A DNA stretch of 64,000 bases from an uncultured Bacteroidota bacterium (GCA_937912115.1 CALDOI010000142.1:2098-66097), one strand, 5' to 3'. Positions 19,289 through 29,266 are shown, counted from the stretch's first letter. Translations and numbers: made by a program. The notes: generated by a model not told the origin, from the letters alone.

Positions 19289-20944
19289 TTACTCGGCCAA
19301 TAGCTCTCTTGCTACGTTAAGTGCAGTTTCTGTAACATTCTCACTACTCAACATTGTAGCCAACTCTTCAACCCTACCCTCTTTACTTAATAAACTTATT
19401 GTTGTAATGGTAGAATTATTAGTTGATTGCTTATACACTTTATAGTGGAAATCAGCTTTAGAAGCAATTTGTGGCAAATGTGTTATTGTTATTACCTGAT
19501 GATTTGTAGCCATCTTTTTAATAATTGACCCAACCTTTCCTGCAATATCGCCTGAAACTCCCGAATCAATTTCATCAAATATCACAGTTGGAAGCATTTG
19601 CTGCTGATTAATTAATGATTTTACAGCTAACATTAATCTCGACAATTCCCCACCCGATGCAATCTTGCTAATCTCCCCTTTTTCAACACCAAGGTTAGCA
19701 TTAAAAAGAAATTGTACTTTATCAACTCCTGAGCTGGTAAAAGAAGGTGATTTTTCAATCTTCACAGCAAACCCGGCATCCTTCATCCCAAGCTGAGTAA
19801 TTATTTTCAACACAGAATCCGAGAAATTGTTACTAATTGAAGTCCTTATTTTATGAAGTTCATCAGCTCCTTGGGCTACTACCTTTTCTTGAACAGCCAA
19901 TTCCTTTTTAGTATTCTCAATTTCATTATCAAGGGAGTTGATATTCTGGAGTTTCTCATCATATTCATTTTTCAACTCAATCAACCCTTCAACAGTTGAG
20001 ACATGATGTTTTTGAAATAACCTGTAAACCGAATTTAGCTTATCGTTGACTAATTCAAGTTCCACCGGATCAAAATCTTCATCTCTATTTAATGAATCAA
20101 TTTCTACTGCAATATCCTCTAATTCAATCAACAAGCTTCTAAGCCGATCGGTTAACTCACCAGCCCCTGCTAAATATGATTGTATTTTTCCTAATGTTTT
20201 AGTTAGATTAGCCAAATTCCCTATTAATGCATATTCATCACCATTAAGAATAGAATCTGCATCTGCTAAGGCAATCTTTATTTCTTCAGCATGTTCAAGA
20301 AATCTGGCTCTTTCTTCTAGTTCTTTAACCCTATCCACATCCAATGTAGCATCGCTGAGTTCCTCAAATTGATATTTGAAATAATCCTCATCTTTTTTTG
20401 CCTGATTGTTTATATCAACAAGCTCAGAAAGCCTAATAACTAATTTGTGATAGGTACTAAAATCACTTTTATATTGTGATATAACATTGGGTTTATTAAT
20501 AAAATCATCCAATACTTCAAGTTGAAAAGATGAATCTTGCAATTGAAGAGTTTGATGTTGTGAGTGTATATTTAAGAATTTGTTGCCCAGATAAGTAATT
20601 AATTTTAAGCTAACCGGAGAGTCATTTATAAATGCTCTTGATTTCCCGGAAGGAAGTAACTCGCGCCTGATTATTGTTTGATTCTCATAATCAAGATCAT
20701 TATTGATAAAAAATTCTTTAATTTGAAGTTTTCCATTATCAAATACGCCTTCAATTATACATTTTTTTGATTTATCCCTAAGAACTGATAAATCCGCTCT
20801 GCTTCCTAAAATTAATGATAATGCTCCCAGTATAATCGATTTTCCCGCACCGGTTTCACCGGTTATAACCGAAAAGCCACTGGTAAAATCAATTTCCAGT
20901 TTTTCGATCAATGCATAATTAACTATTGATAAAGTTTTTAACAT
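19289..20944 (-). CDS. recN: DNA repair protein RecN
   Basis: 551 aa. N-terminal Walker A ITGETGAGKSIILGAL, long coiled-coil middle, C-terminal signature ASGGELSRLMLA and Walker B VIFDEIDSGVSG. Confidence 0.95.
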   Translation of the reverse strand: MLKTLSIVNYALIEKLEIDFTSGFSVITGETGAGKSIILGALSLILGSRADLSVLRDKSKKCIIEGVFDNGKLQIKEFFINNDLDYENQTIIRRELLPSGKSRAFINDSPVSLKLITYLGNKFLNIHSQHQTLQLQDSSFQLEVLDDFINKPNVISQYKSDFSTYHKLVIRLSELVDINNQAKKDEDYFKYQFEELSDATLDVDRVKELEERARFLEHAEEIKIALADADSILNGDEYALIGNLANLTKTLGKIQSYLAGAGELTDRLRSLLIELEDIAVEIDSLNRDEDFDPVELELVNDKLNSVYRLFQKHHVSTVEGLIELKNEYDEKLQNINSLDNEIENTKKELAVQEKVVAQGADELHKIRTSISNNFSDSVLKIITQLGMKDAGFAVKIEKSPSFTSSGVDKVQFLFNANLGVEKGEISKIASGGELSRLMLAVKSLINQQQMLPTVIFDEIDSGVSGDIAGKVGSIIKKMATNHQVITITHLPQIASKADFHYKVYKQSTNNSTITTISLLSKEGRVEELATMLSSENVTETALNVARELLAE

Positions 20945-20970
20945 ACTTATTTCTTCTTATCGGGAAACAA

Positions 20971-20978
20971 CAAATCTA
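20971..20978 (-). promoter_or_regulatory. Bacteroidetes-type -7 box TAGATTTG
   Basis: TAnnTTTG on the minus strand, 26 nt upstream of the recN ATG. Confidence 0.45.
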
Positions 20979-21021
20979 AGAAAAACACCAATAAACAGGT
21001 TTTGAAATACATAAATAAGTA

Positions 21022-22320
21022 TTACATATTAATAGCTAAATTACGAAAAGTATCGCCCCTATGCTCAAAATTATGAAACTGGTCGTAACTGGCAGCGGCT
21101 GGTGACAATAAACATATCCCCCCCCTGAGTGAACTCTCAGCAATTATACGAAATGCATCTTCTATTGATTCGGCTTTAAAAAGGAGTTTTTTGCTTCTGT
21201 CGATAATTAGTTCGTACATTCTGTCGCCTGCTTTTCCAAGAAAAATAAATCTTGAAATTTCTGACTTAACTAAAAAGTCTGCTAGTCTTTTATAATCAAG
21301 TCCACGGTCAAAACCTCCCAAAATTATTGTTTCTACATTTTCCAAAGATTTAACAGCAGCAATTGTTGATTCAGGAACTGTTGAAATGCTGTCGTTTACA
21401 TAGGTTATACCTCCAAACTCGCCAATAAACTCAAGACGATGTGGTAAACTTTTAAAACCACTAAGTACATTAACTGCTTCATCAATGTTAACACCAATTT
21501 CTAAAACTGCATGTAATGCGGCTTCAATATTTGCCAAATTATGAGCTCCAATTAAGGGCAGACTAATTTTTTTTGAAGCAAAACCAAAATGATCATCGGC
21601 ATCAATAACAACTATTACATTATGTTCAATATTAGGTAATAGCCCCAATAATGAACTATGAACAATAAAGGTATCTTCTTCAGTTTGATATTTATATATA
21701 TTATGTTTTGCCTTTCTATATTTATCCAAACTACCAAAATAATCAAGATGTTCGGGAAATATATTTAACAATACCGAAATATGTGGTGATGAACGTACAT
21801 ATTCAAGTTGGTGAGCCGAAAGTTCATATACAATAACCGAATCATCCTGAATATTTCCTATCATTTCAAATGCCGGAACTCCGATATTTCCCAACAAAAC
21901 AGCATTCCTATCTGTTGCATCAAGAAAATGCTTAATCAAACTGGAAGTTGTGCTTTTTCCCTTAGTTCCGGTAATACCGATTGTTTGGTGAGAATAACGT
22001 TGCAAAAATAAATCCGTTTGGGAGGTCAATTTACTTACTATATCTGCACTAACGCTATCAATTTTTACACCGGGTGATTTTATTATCAAATCAAATTCGC
22101 TTAATGAATCTTGATACTCTTTTCCCAAATAGAGATTTACCCTATTATCCGTCAAAATATTCAGGTCATTACCAATTTCAACATTTAAATCAGCAATACT
22201 AAGCTGCATTTCAGGAAAATATTTTCTAATAGTTCTGTAAGTCGATCTGCCTTCGCGTCCGAAACCCAGAATTAACACTTTTGGGTTATTAGCAAATAAA
22301 TCGCCAAGTAGCTTAATCAT
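21022..22320 (-). CDS. murD: MurD-family UDP-MurNAc-L-Ala:glutamate ligase, outside any dcw context (possible MurD2-type)
   Basis: GITGTKGKSTT P-loop, LPHRLEF, LLSPAAASYDQFHNFEHRGDTF tail as in MurD. The canonical NDSKATN motif reads NDSISTV, with Ile at the position of the glutamate-contacting Lys of E. coli MurD. Confidence 0.8.
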   Translation of the reverse strand: MIKLLGDLFANNPKVLILGFGREGRSTYRTIRKYFPEMQLSIADLNVEIGNDLNILTDNRVNLYLGKEYQDSLSEFDLIIKSPGVKIDSVSADIVSKLTSQTDLFLQRYSHQTIGITGTKGKSTTSSLIKHFLDATDRNAVLLGNIGVPAFEMIGNIQDDSVIVYELSAHQLEYVRSSPHISVLLNIFPEHLDYFGSLDKYRKAKHNIYKYQTEEDTFIVHSSLLGLLPNIEHNVIVVIDADDHFGFASKKISLPLIGAHNLANIEAALHAVLEIGVNIDEAVNVLSGFKSLPHRLEFIGEFGGITYVNDSISTVPESTIAAVKSLENVETIILGGFDRGLDYKRLADFLVKSEISRFIFLGKAGDRMYELIIDRSKKLLFKAESIEDAFRIIAESSLRGGICLLSPAAASYDQFHNFEHRGDTFRNLAINM

Positions 22321-23671
22321 TTAATTCGTTTTTAAGAATTGACTCGAACCTTTTCGAAAGCAAATGTTCGGTATTATACTCAGAAATCATGCGATGAAAT
22401 TCTTTAATCTTACTTTTCAAATCTATGTTTTTAAGTAATACAACATCATTAAAATTGTTGATTGAATATTTGGCTAATGCAGCCATAACTTCATCAGGAG
22501 TTCCGACACACTCAAAAGGCTTTATATCAGCAATTCCTGCTAACTCTTTAAAAATATCCTCAAGTGTGGGATCATTGAGCATATCTTTTCCAAAAATATT
22601 TTGCAGAACTGCAACTTCAACAAAGGGACTCAAGATTATAAATGTAAACAAACATTTAGGACACATCCCACACCAGCTATCGGTACTACTTCCAACATTG
22701 CAGCTCCTAAATCCATTAAAATGTTGTGGGAATCCGGAGAACAGTTTTGCAATTTGAAGCTCATTTACAGGTCGTAAAAAACTAAAGTAGTTTATATTTG
22801 GATTAAGATATTTCTTTACATACTGATTAAAATCATCTTCGAACTCAAATGATTTTGAATACTGATGATTTATTTTTGAGCCGGGAACCGTACTTTCATT
22901 TGCACTACTTTCGTTGGAAAGTGCGATATTTGAAACTCCGGCAATCACACATGATAAAACTCCTGTAAATGCCAACAATGCAGAGAAAGGAGTATGCCCA
23001 TTTAAGAATCCCTGAGAATTTAATTCGAGCAACTTACCATCAATTTTGCGTTGCACAATTACTGATTGGTTTTCATTAAAACCGGCAGTTTCAATTGTGC
23101 GAATGCTAGCCTCACGCGGATTCACAATCATTGGGATTACTTTAATACCTTTATTTTTCAGCAGCTCAAGTGTAACAACCGAATCCTTTCCCCCACCAAT
23201 TGGAATTACTACTTTATTATCGTCAAGTTTTGTTGTTGAAACACCCATTTCTACTCCTTGGGAGGAAATTGACATAAATACATCCTGATCAGTCTCAATT
23301 CCGTTAAGGTAAAAGAATTCACCGAGGCCATTGAAATAAAGCTTCTTCCACCATGAAATTTGATCTTGGTTTAGTTTGTGTGGTTTAATAATAACTCTTG
23401 GTGAACATGCAGCCTTCCAATAACTTATTAGCTCAACCATTCCTATGTGAAAAACAAAATTATCCAGTCCAGTTTTATCTAGGTTAACTAAGTAAAAATC
23501 CCTTGAAGGAATCGTAATTGTGGGCTTAAACGACACCTTACCGGATAGGCTAAAACAAAACTCTGCAACCAAGTTCCCATTTATAAAAGAAAATGAATAA
23601 CTTTGGTATTCAAAAAATGAATATTCCTTACGTAGGTTAAGGAAATGCTGATGATTATTTTTAACAGTCAA
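22313..23671 (-). CDS. PP-loop (adenine-nucleotide alpha-hydrolase superfamily) protein, possible MurL-like epimerase partner
   Basis: 452 aa. GGGKDS (nt 23180-23197) matches the SGGxDS PP-loop. Cys cluster CGMCPKC. Its 3' end overlaps the murD-like start by 8 nt. Confidence 0.6.
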   Translation of the reverse strand: MTVKNNHQHFLNLRKEYSFFEYQSYSFSFINGNLVAEFCFSLSGKVSFKPTITIPSRDFYLVNLDKTGLDNFVFHIGMVELISYWKAACSPRVIIKPHKLNQDQISWWKKLYFNGLGEFFYLNGIETDQDVFMSISSQGVEMGVSTTKLDDNKVVIPIGGGKDSVVTLELLKNKGIKVIPMIVNPREASIRTIETAGFNENQSVIVQRKIDGKLLELNSQGFLNGHTPFSALLAFTGVLSCVIAGVSNIALSNESSANESTVPGSKINHQYSKSFEFEDDFNQYVKKYLNPNINYFSFLRPVNELQIAKLFSGFPQHFNGFRSCNVGSSTDSWCGMCPKCLFTFIILSPFVEVAVLQNIFGKDMLNDPTLEDIFKELAGIADIKPFECVGTPDEVMAALAKYSINNFNDVVLLKNIDLKSKIKEFHRMISEYNTEHLLSKRFESILKNELND

Positions 23672-23741
23672 ATTATTGGTATATTTTTTGTTATAATATT
23701 TTGTAAAAATAATTGTTTTTAATAGAACAAAAGAAATCGAG

Positions 23742-24332
23742 ATGAGTGGAGTTGATAAATTTGTTAAAGTAACCAGTAATAACCTACGCCCTGCAAAGGG
23801 ACGATTGTTACTATCGGAACCCCTAATGGGTGATTTTTACTTTGGCAGATCAGTTGTTCTGCTTGCCGAACATAACGATGAGGGGTCATTCGGGCTTGTA
23901 TTAAACAAACCTGTAATGCAAGAATTTAATAAAGTTGTTAAAGACTTCCCAAAATTTGAGGGGCAGTTATTTATAGGTGGACCCGTTGAAACAAACAGCT
24001 TGTTTTTTATACATACTATTGGCGATATTGTTGAAGGTTCTATTGAAATTGGATCAGGAATTTATTGGGGCGGTGATATCGATATTATAAAGGAAATGAT
24101 ATTATTAAACTCAATTACACCTAATGATATTAGGTTTTCCGTGGGTTATTCGGGATGGTCGCCCGATCAACTTAAGAATGAATTAAAAAGAAATTCATGG
24201 CTGGTATCAAAAAATCTTGACAAAGATATCCTGAAAATTAAGCCCGAAATTATGTGGAAAAAACTACTTGAACCTCTTGGAGATGACTACAAATACTGGC
24301 CAAAATTCCCTCCTGATCCAGGATTAAATTAA
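23742..24332 (+). CDS. YqgE/AlgH-family protein (UPF0301)
   Basis: GRLLLSEPLMGDFYFGRSVVLLAEHNDEGSFGLVLNKP and GGPV...GYSGWSPDQL are the family hallmarks. Confidence 0.85.
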   Translation: MSGVDKFVKVTSNNLRPAKGRLLLSEPLMGDFYFGRSVVLLAEHNDEGSFGLVLNKPVMQEFNKVVKDFPKFEGQLFIGGPVETNSLFFIHTIGDIVEGSIEIGSGIYWGGDIDIIKEMILLNSITPNDIRFSVGYSGWSPDQLKNELKRNSWLVSKNLDKDILKIKPEIMWKKLLEPLGDDYKYWPKFPPDPGLN

Positions 24333-24380
24333 CTCACAACCCAAAAACCACAACCCAAAACCCACAACTCAAAACCCTAA
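24333..24380 (+). repeat. A/C-rich, G-poor junction motif, copy 2 (core AACCCAAAACCCACAACTCAAAAC, 24352-24375)
   Basis: Fills the whole 44-nt gap between convergent stop codons. The minus strand carries four GGG runs. Confidence 0.55.
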
Positions 24381-24778
24381 TCCTCCAATATCCTTCCCAT
24401 AGTACCAACTACAATCTTAATCTTAAAAGTTTTATCATGGAGCTTATGCTCTTCCCACTTACGCTTGTAAACCAAAAGTAAATTTGTTTGTCCATCAGCA
24501 ATAGTCTGAAATTTAAAAGTGTACAATCCTGCTGAGCCAATTTTATCATTGCTGGCTTTATAAACCGGATCACCAACCTGTTTAATAACAGTTGAGTCGA
24601 ATGAAACAACCTGCCAGACATATCCAGTAGATGGGTTACCCGATAATTCTATCTCAAAAGGATCATCATTACCAAGGTTTACCGAGGATCCACTATTTTC
24701 CATAGTAAAAGGACCAACACATGAAGAAATTACAAATCCGAAAAGTAATAATACGACTGATTTAAAAATAGTTTTCAT
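24377..24778 (-). CDS. Chagasin-family (I42) cysteine-peptidase inhibitor lipoprotein
   Basis: Start moved to the internal Met (MKTIFKSVVLLLFGFVISSC, lipobox-like). The listed start at 24871 would overlap the rhomboid gene. Motifs GNPSTGYVWQ, GSAGLYTF and KRKW correspond to the three chagasin loops. Confidence 0.75.
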   Translation of the reverse strand: MKTIFKSVVLLLFGFVISSCVGPFTMENSGSSVNLGNDDPFEIELSGNPSTGYVWQVVSFDSTVIKQVGDPVYKASNDKIGSAGLYTFKFQTIADGQTNLLLVYKRKWEEHKLHDKTFKIKIVVGTMGRILED

Positions 24779-24789
24779 AGTTGATATTT

Positions 24790-25398
24790 TTAAAAGATAG
24801 TTGAGAAAAAATTCTGAATTACATTCGGCACAAGTATTATAGTAAGAACTATTCCAAAAATTGCACCCCAAAAATGTGCATTATGACCAATATTATCAAC
24901 ACCCTTTTTACCCATATATGCAGAATAAATCAGGTAAGCAATTCCGAAAACCCAAGATGGTAATGGAAAAGGTATTGGAAACAGAAAAATACTTCCGGAA
25001 GGATATACCAGTATACTTGAAAATACTACAGCCGAAACTGCACCAGACGCTCCTACGGCATTGTAGTAAATATCATCCTTATGTTTTTTAAAATCATATA
25101 AGGTCGAAAATAATATCCCCCCAACATACAATAAAGCAAAATACAAATAACCAATGGTTCCAAAGCTTACCAGAAATGATTGTTCAACAACCCCTCCAAA
25201 TGAATACAACACGTACATATTGATAATCAAATGCATCCAACCGGAATGCAAAAGAGCATAGCTGAAGAACCTATACTTCTCACCAGAGTGCTTTATTTGA
25301 TAAGCATTGAATTTCAGATTGTTAAAAAGGTCAATATTATTAAATGCGCTTATTGATATAAAGCCTGTAATTGCAATTATTACAAAAGTAAGTATCAT
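24790..25398 (-). CDS. Rhomboid-family intramembrane serine protease
   Basis: Six hydrophobic helices. HLIINM, GASGAVSAVV (catalytic GxSG) and HFWGAIFG (catalytic His helix). Confidence 0.8.
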   Translation of the reverse strand: MILTFVIIAITGFISISAFNNIDLFNNLKFNAYQIKHSGEKYRFFSYALLHSGWMHLIINMYVLYSFGGVVEQSFLVSFGTIGYLYFALLYVGGILFSTLYDFKKHKDDIYYNAVGASGAVSAVVFSSILVYPSGSIFLFPIPFPLPSWVFGIAYLIYSAYMGKKGVDNIGHNAHFWGAIFGIVLTIILVPNVIQNFFSTIF

Positions 25399-26231
25399 TC
25401 GCTGTTGGTAGTTTCAGTTGTTTGTTTAGCATCTTTAGTATGATCGATTTCGGAGCCTAACACACTATGTGGAATGGCATAAACCAACAACATTGCAATA
25501 ACAGCAAGAGTTGGCCATAGTTTATTTTCCGGTTTCTTTCTTAGAACAAACCAGGCTATTACCCAAAATATAAATACAAATAAAGTTTTGTTATCTGTTA
25601 AATCGTGACCGAATGGCCATCCCGTCCAGTAAGCATCGAAAGCATATTTTTGTACGATTGGCCCAAATATAAGCCCTCCAAATAACAAGGTTATTGTCAC
25701 AATTCCTGTATAATATTTTGTGTCTACTTTTCTAAAAAATATCTCCAAACCAACTCTCAATGCAAATAATAAAGACATAAACATGAAGAATATATGAGGT
25801 ATAAGTACTGCTCTTGGAACAGCTCCCTTAAATCTTATAACTACCGGTTCCTCATTAAGTACGTATATTTTTCCGTTACTGTTTAGTTTAATTATATATT
25901 CAACTTTACCAGCAGCAGGCTGATTGGGGATGATTCCAATTAACATCCCATTTTCGCGAACCATATCTGTTGTCATCCAATCGTCGTAACTCTTAAAACG
26001 TTTCTGAGTTATAGTTCCTGATATTTCATTGTTTTCAATTTCAATTTCAACAAGTGCGTCCTTATCCCCACCAAAAGTTCGAATCAGCTTATATTTTATT
26101 AGTTCATCACCAATACTTATACTGCCGTTTAGCGGATATGTTGGACCTGTTGATCGTTGATAAATAACTAACCCAACTGTTAGTACAATAGCGATTATCC
26201 AGAGAAGAATGTTTTTTCCTTTATTACTCAT
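25395..26231 (-). CDS. Hypothetical membrane protein (N-terminal anchor, ~120-aa extracytoplasmic domain, four TM helices)
   Basis: Hydrophobicity pattern only. 4-nt ATGA overlap with the rhomboid gene. Confidence 0.55.
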   Translation of the reverse strand: MSNKGKNILLWIIAIVLTVGLVIYQRSTGPTYPLNGSISIGDELIKYKLIRTFGGDKDALVEIEIENNEISGTITQKRFKSYDDWMTTDMVRENGMLIGIIPNQPAAGKVEYIIKLNSNGKIYVLNEEPVVIRFKGAVPRAVLIPHIFFMFMSLLFALRVGLEIFFRKVDTKYYTGIVTITLLFGGLIFGPIVQKYAFDAYWTGWPFGHDLTDNKTLFVFIFWVIAWFVLRKKPENKLWPTLAVIAMLLVYAIPHSVLGSEIDHTKDAKQTTETTNSE

Positions 26232-26246
26232 TATTAGTTTATTATA

Positions 26247-29186
26247 TTAATTATTATTTTTTAGAGCCTCGTAAAAAAGCTGATGAATGTTTGTTCTTAT
26301 ATCCAATTCCATTAATAAGTTATTGGCCATATCAGGGTGAACTCGATTGCACAAAAATACATAAACAAGTCCATTATCAGGATCAGCCCAGGCATATGTG
26401 CCTGTAAATCCAGAATGACCAAAACTTGACGGTGATGCATCTTTGCAATTTGTTCTATGTTCTTCATATACAAGTAGCGGCTTATCAAATCCTAAACCTC
26501 TTCTATTGCTGTCGGCAATAAAATGACAGCTATTAAAGAAGTCAATAGTTTTCTGTTCAAAAATCTTTTGGTTTCCATACGATCCCCCATTAACGAACAT
26601 CTGCATTAGCACTGCCACATTGTAAGCGTTTCCAAATAAACCGGCATTTCCCGAAACTCCACCTAACATTGCTGCACCCTGATCATGTACATCGCCATGC
26701 AATAGTTGTTTCCTAAATATTGTGTCATCCTCAGTTGGAATTATTTTTTCAAGTTTAAAATAATTCCTGGGATTAAACCTTAAATAATTTAGATGCAGTG
26801 GGTTGTATATTTTATCATATAAATAATTATCGAAAGAGCTATTATTGATATTTTCTGTTAACTCCTTAAATAAGTAGAATCCAAGTCCTGAATAATGATA
26901 GGTCTTATCTTGAAAAGGTGATTTAATAATACTATCAAAAATAACATGCTTATAACCATTCTTAATATACATGTTATCGGCTACACGAATTGGAAATGAT
27001 TCTGATATTTGACTGCTATAAACAGTAGTATCCCATCCGTTTTCATCTATTGTACTTTCATAATAAGGTATCCAATTTTGCAAACCCGACTGATGAGTAA
27101 GAACTTCTTTAAACTCAAGGCTATCCTTGTTGGTATCCCTTAACATTAGTAAATAATCACTTATTCTGCCATTGATGTCAATTTTGCCTTCTTCACTCAT
27201 TTTCATGAGAGCGGGAGTGGTGGCAAGTATTTTGGTAAGCGAGGCCAAATCGTAAACATCATTCCACTTAACCTGATTCTTTTTATCGTAAGTGTGATAC
27301 CCGAATGATTTATTATAAAATACCGCTCCATCTTTAGCGGCAAGTATCTGACATCCTGGATATGCGCCTATCTCAATTCCATTTTGGGCGGTTGAATCAA
27401 CCTTTCGCAGCATTTCAATGTTTATTCCCATCAATTCGGGATCATCCACAAACAATGTGGTTGCGCCATAACTTAATCCCCATCCTGCCTTATAATCCCC
27501 GGCATCAACAGGGAGAATACCAAACCTATCAGAGCCCATCATAATCATATTGGCAGAAGATTTTTGTGCAGATGATTTTTCCTGATACGATATAAGTATT
27601 GCTGATACAAACTCCGTATTAAAGAAATTAAGGGCATATGGGCTTGCAAAAATATCAAGTACAACTTTGGTTTCAATGGCAAGTTTTTCAACCAAATCTA
27701 CATCTCCCTTAGTAATTCCAAATCCTCTACTTGCAAGTATATTGGTATTAAGGATGGATGCAACTACCAAATCGTAATTTATTAGTTGAGCCAGTATTTT
27801 TTTTCGGGCTTTTCTACTTGCATTGTGTTCAATATGATACACATCAAACTGTCCAAAATCGTTGATTGCATTTTCAATTTCAAGATGATCTGTAGTTCCG
27901 ATTACAAGCAATGCTCTTTTTTTATAATCATTAATTGATAAAGGCAAAATACCCATATCATTTTTAACCATAGTAATGGCGGCATCCATTAGCCTGTTAG
28001 ATGTTACTTCATATATTGGATTGTTGAGATCATTTAAAAGATTATTTGTATCAATAGGAGTTTTATTACCGGCACCAGTTAAATATTTATACTTAAGAAC
28101 TTTTTTGCAGCTACGGGCAATGCGTTCTTCAGTTATCGTCCCAACTATGAGAGCATCACTAATATTTTTTATAGATAAGGGTATATTATCCGGAATTAAT
28201 AAGATGTCGTTACCGGCTTCAAGGGCTTTTAAAGCAACCATTCCTTCTTTATAGTACTTAGTAACACCTTTCATATCAAGACCATCGGTAATAATTAATC
28301 CTTCAAAACCCATAGTGTCAATTAAATAATCGGATACAATTTTATGTGATAAAGTTGAAGGTAGATTTTTTGAATCGTCGAGTGCAGGAACTGATAGATG
28401 AGCAATCATTACTGAGTTAACTCCTTCATCAATCAAATATTGAAATGGATATAAATCATTATACAATAAAGTTTGTAATTGACTGCTTACTTCAGGTAGG
28501 TCATTATGCGAATCCTTATACGTATTTCCATGACCCGGGAAATGCTTTGCACTAGCAATTATACCTTTGCTTTGTAAACCTTTCATGTAGGCACTTCCTT
28601 TTTCGGCAACAAGGTGGGGATTTTGTCCAAACGAACGCATTCCAATTACAGGATTCTTGGGATTACTATTAACATCAACAACGGGAGCAAAATTTATATG
28701 AATACCCATCCGTTTACATTGCTCACCTATTTGCTGACCCATTGCATAAATCAGGTTATTATCACTAATTGCTCCAAGGGTCATTTGTAACGGATACTTA
28801 ATTGTATTACTTAACCTCATTCCCAAACCCCATTCTGCATCTATGGAAATAAATAAAGGAGTTTTTGCCAATGAATTCCAGTGATTTGTTTGCTTAACCT
28901 GAGAAATCGGATCGCCACTAAAAAAAACAACTCCACCAATATTGTAATCAGCAATAAGAGTATCAATGTATTGAATATAAGGTTTGTTGGCATAGTTTGC
29001 CCGAACAAAAATAAGTTGTGCAATTCGTTGCTCAATGGTTAATGATTGATAAACAGAGTCAACCCATTTATCTTCATATAATCTTGGATTCTGTGAACTT
29101 TGTGAAAACGTTTGTATTGCGATAACAGTTGTTAACATCAACACAAGTATAATCCTACCATAAGAAGTACCTCTATACACTATCAT
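26247..29186 (-). CDS. Fusion of a GH3 beta-N-acetylhexosaminidase (NagZ-like) with a beta-lactamase-fold serine hydrolase
   Basis: N-terminal half has KHFPGHGNTYKDSHNDLP and ITDGLDMKG (GH3). C-terminal half has the SxxK motif ASLTKI and HSGFTGT. Signal-like N-terminus. Confidence 0.85.
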   Translation of the reverse strand: MIVYRGTSYGRIILVLMLTTVIAIQTFSQSSQNPRLYEDKWVDSVYQSLTIEQRIAQLIFVRANYANKPYIQYIDTLIADYNIGGVVFFSGDPISQVKQTNHWNSLAKTPLFISIDAEWGLGMRLSNTIKYPLQMTLGAISDNNLIYAMGQQIGEQCKRMGIHINFAPVVDVNSNPKNPVIGMRSFGQNPHLVAEKGSAYMKGLQSKGIIASAKHFPGHGNTYKDSHNDLPEVSSQLQTLLYNDLYPFQYLIDEGVNSVMIAHLSVPALDDSKNLPSTLSHKIVSDYLIDTMGFEGLIITDGLDMKGVTKYYKEGMVALKALEAGNDILLIPDNIPLSIKNISDALIVGTITEERIARSCKKVLKYKYLTGAGNKTPIDTNNLLNDLNNPIYEVTSNRLMDAAITMVKNDMGILPLSINDYKKRALLVIGTTDHLEIENAINDFGQFDVYHIEHNASRKARKKILAQLINYDLVVASILNTNILASRGFGITKGDVDLVEKLAIETKVVLDIFASPYALNFFNTEFVSAILISYQEKSSAQKSSANMIMMGSDRFGILPVDAGDYKAGWGLSYGATTLFVDDPELMGINIEMLRKVDSTAQNGIEIGAYPGCQILAAKDGAVFYNKSFGYHTYDKKNQVKWNDVYDLASLTKILATTPALMKMSEEGKIDINGRISDYLLMLRDTNKDSLEFKEVLTHQSGLQNWIPYYESTIDENGWDTTVYSSQISESFPIRVADNMYIKNGYKHVIFDSIIKSPFQDKTYHYSGLGFYLFKELTENINNSSFDNYLYDKIYNPLHLNYLRFNPRNYFKLEKIIPTEDDTIFRKQLLHGDVHDQGAAMLGGVSGNAGLFGNAYNVAVLMQMFVNGGSYGNQKIFEQKTIDFFNSCHFIADSNRRGLGFDKPLLVYEEHRTNCKDASPSSFGHSGFTGTYAWADPDNGLVYVFLCNRVHPDMANNLLMELDIRTNIHQLFYEALKNNN

Positions 29187-29205
29187 TACTGTAATAATTT
29201 TTGCG

Positions 29206-29213
29206 CAAAACTA
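29206..29213 (-). promoter_or_regulatory. Bacteroidetes-type -7 box TAGTTTTG(CG)
   Basis: TAnnTTTG on the minus strand, 19 nt upstream of the ATG at 29186. Confidence 0.5.
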
Positions 29214-29266
29214 ATCTTTTTAATAATTTGTTGATAACTGAACTTCCTACCGCACGCAAATAATAT

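Noticed and set aside
24779-24871. Extended N-terminus (start at 24871) for the chagasin-like inhibitor
   Set aside because: The extension overlaps the 3' end of the rhomboid gene and has no signal features. The internal Met gives a canonical lipoprotein-type signal peptide.
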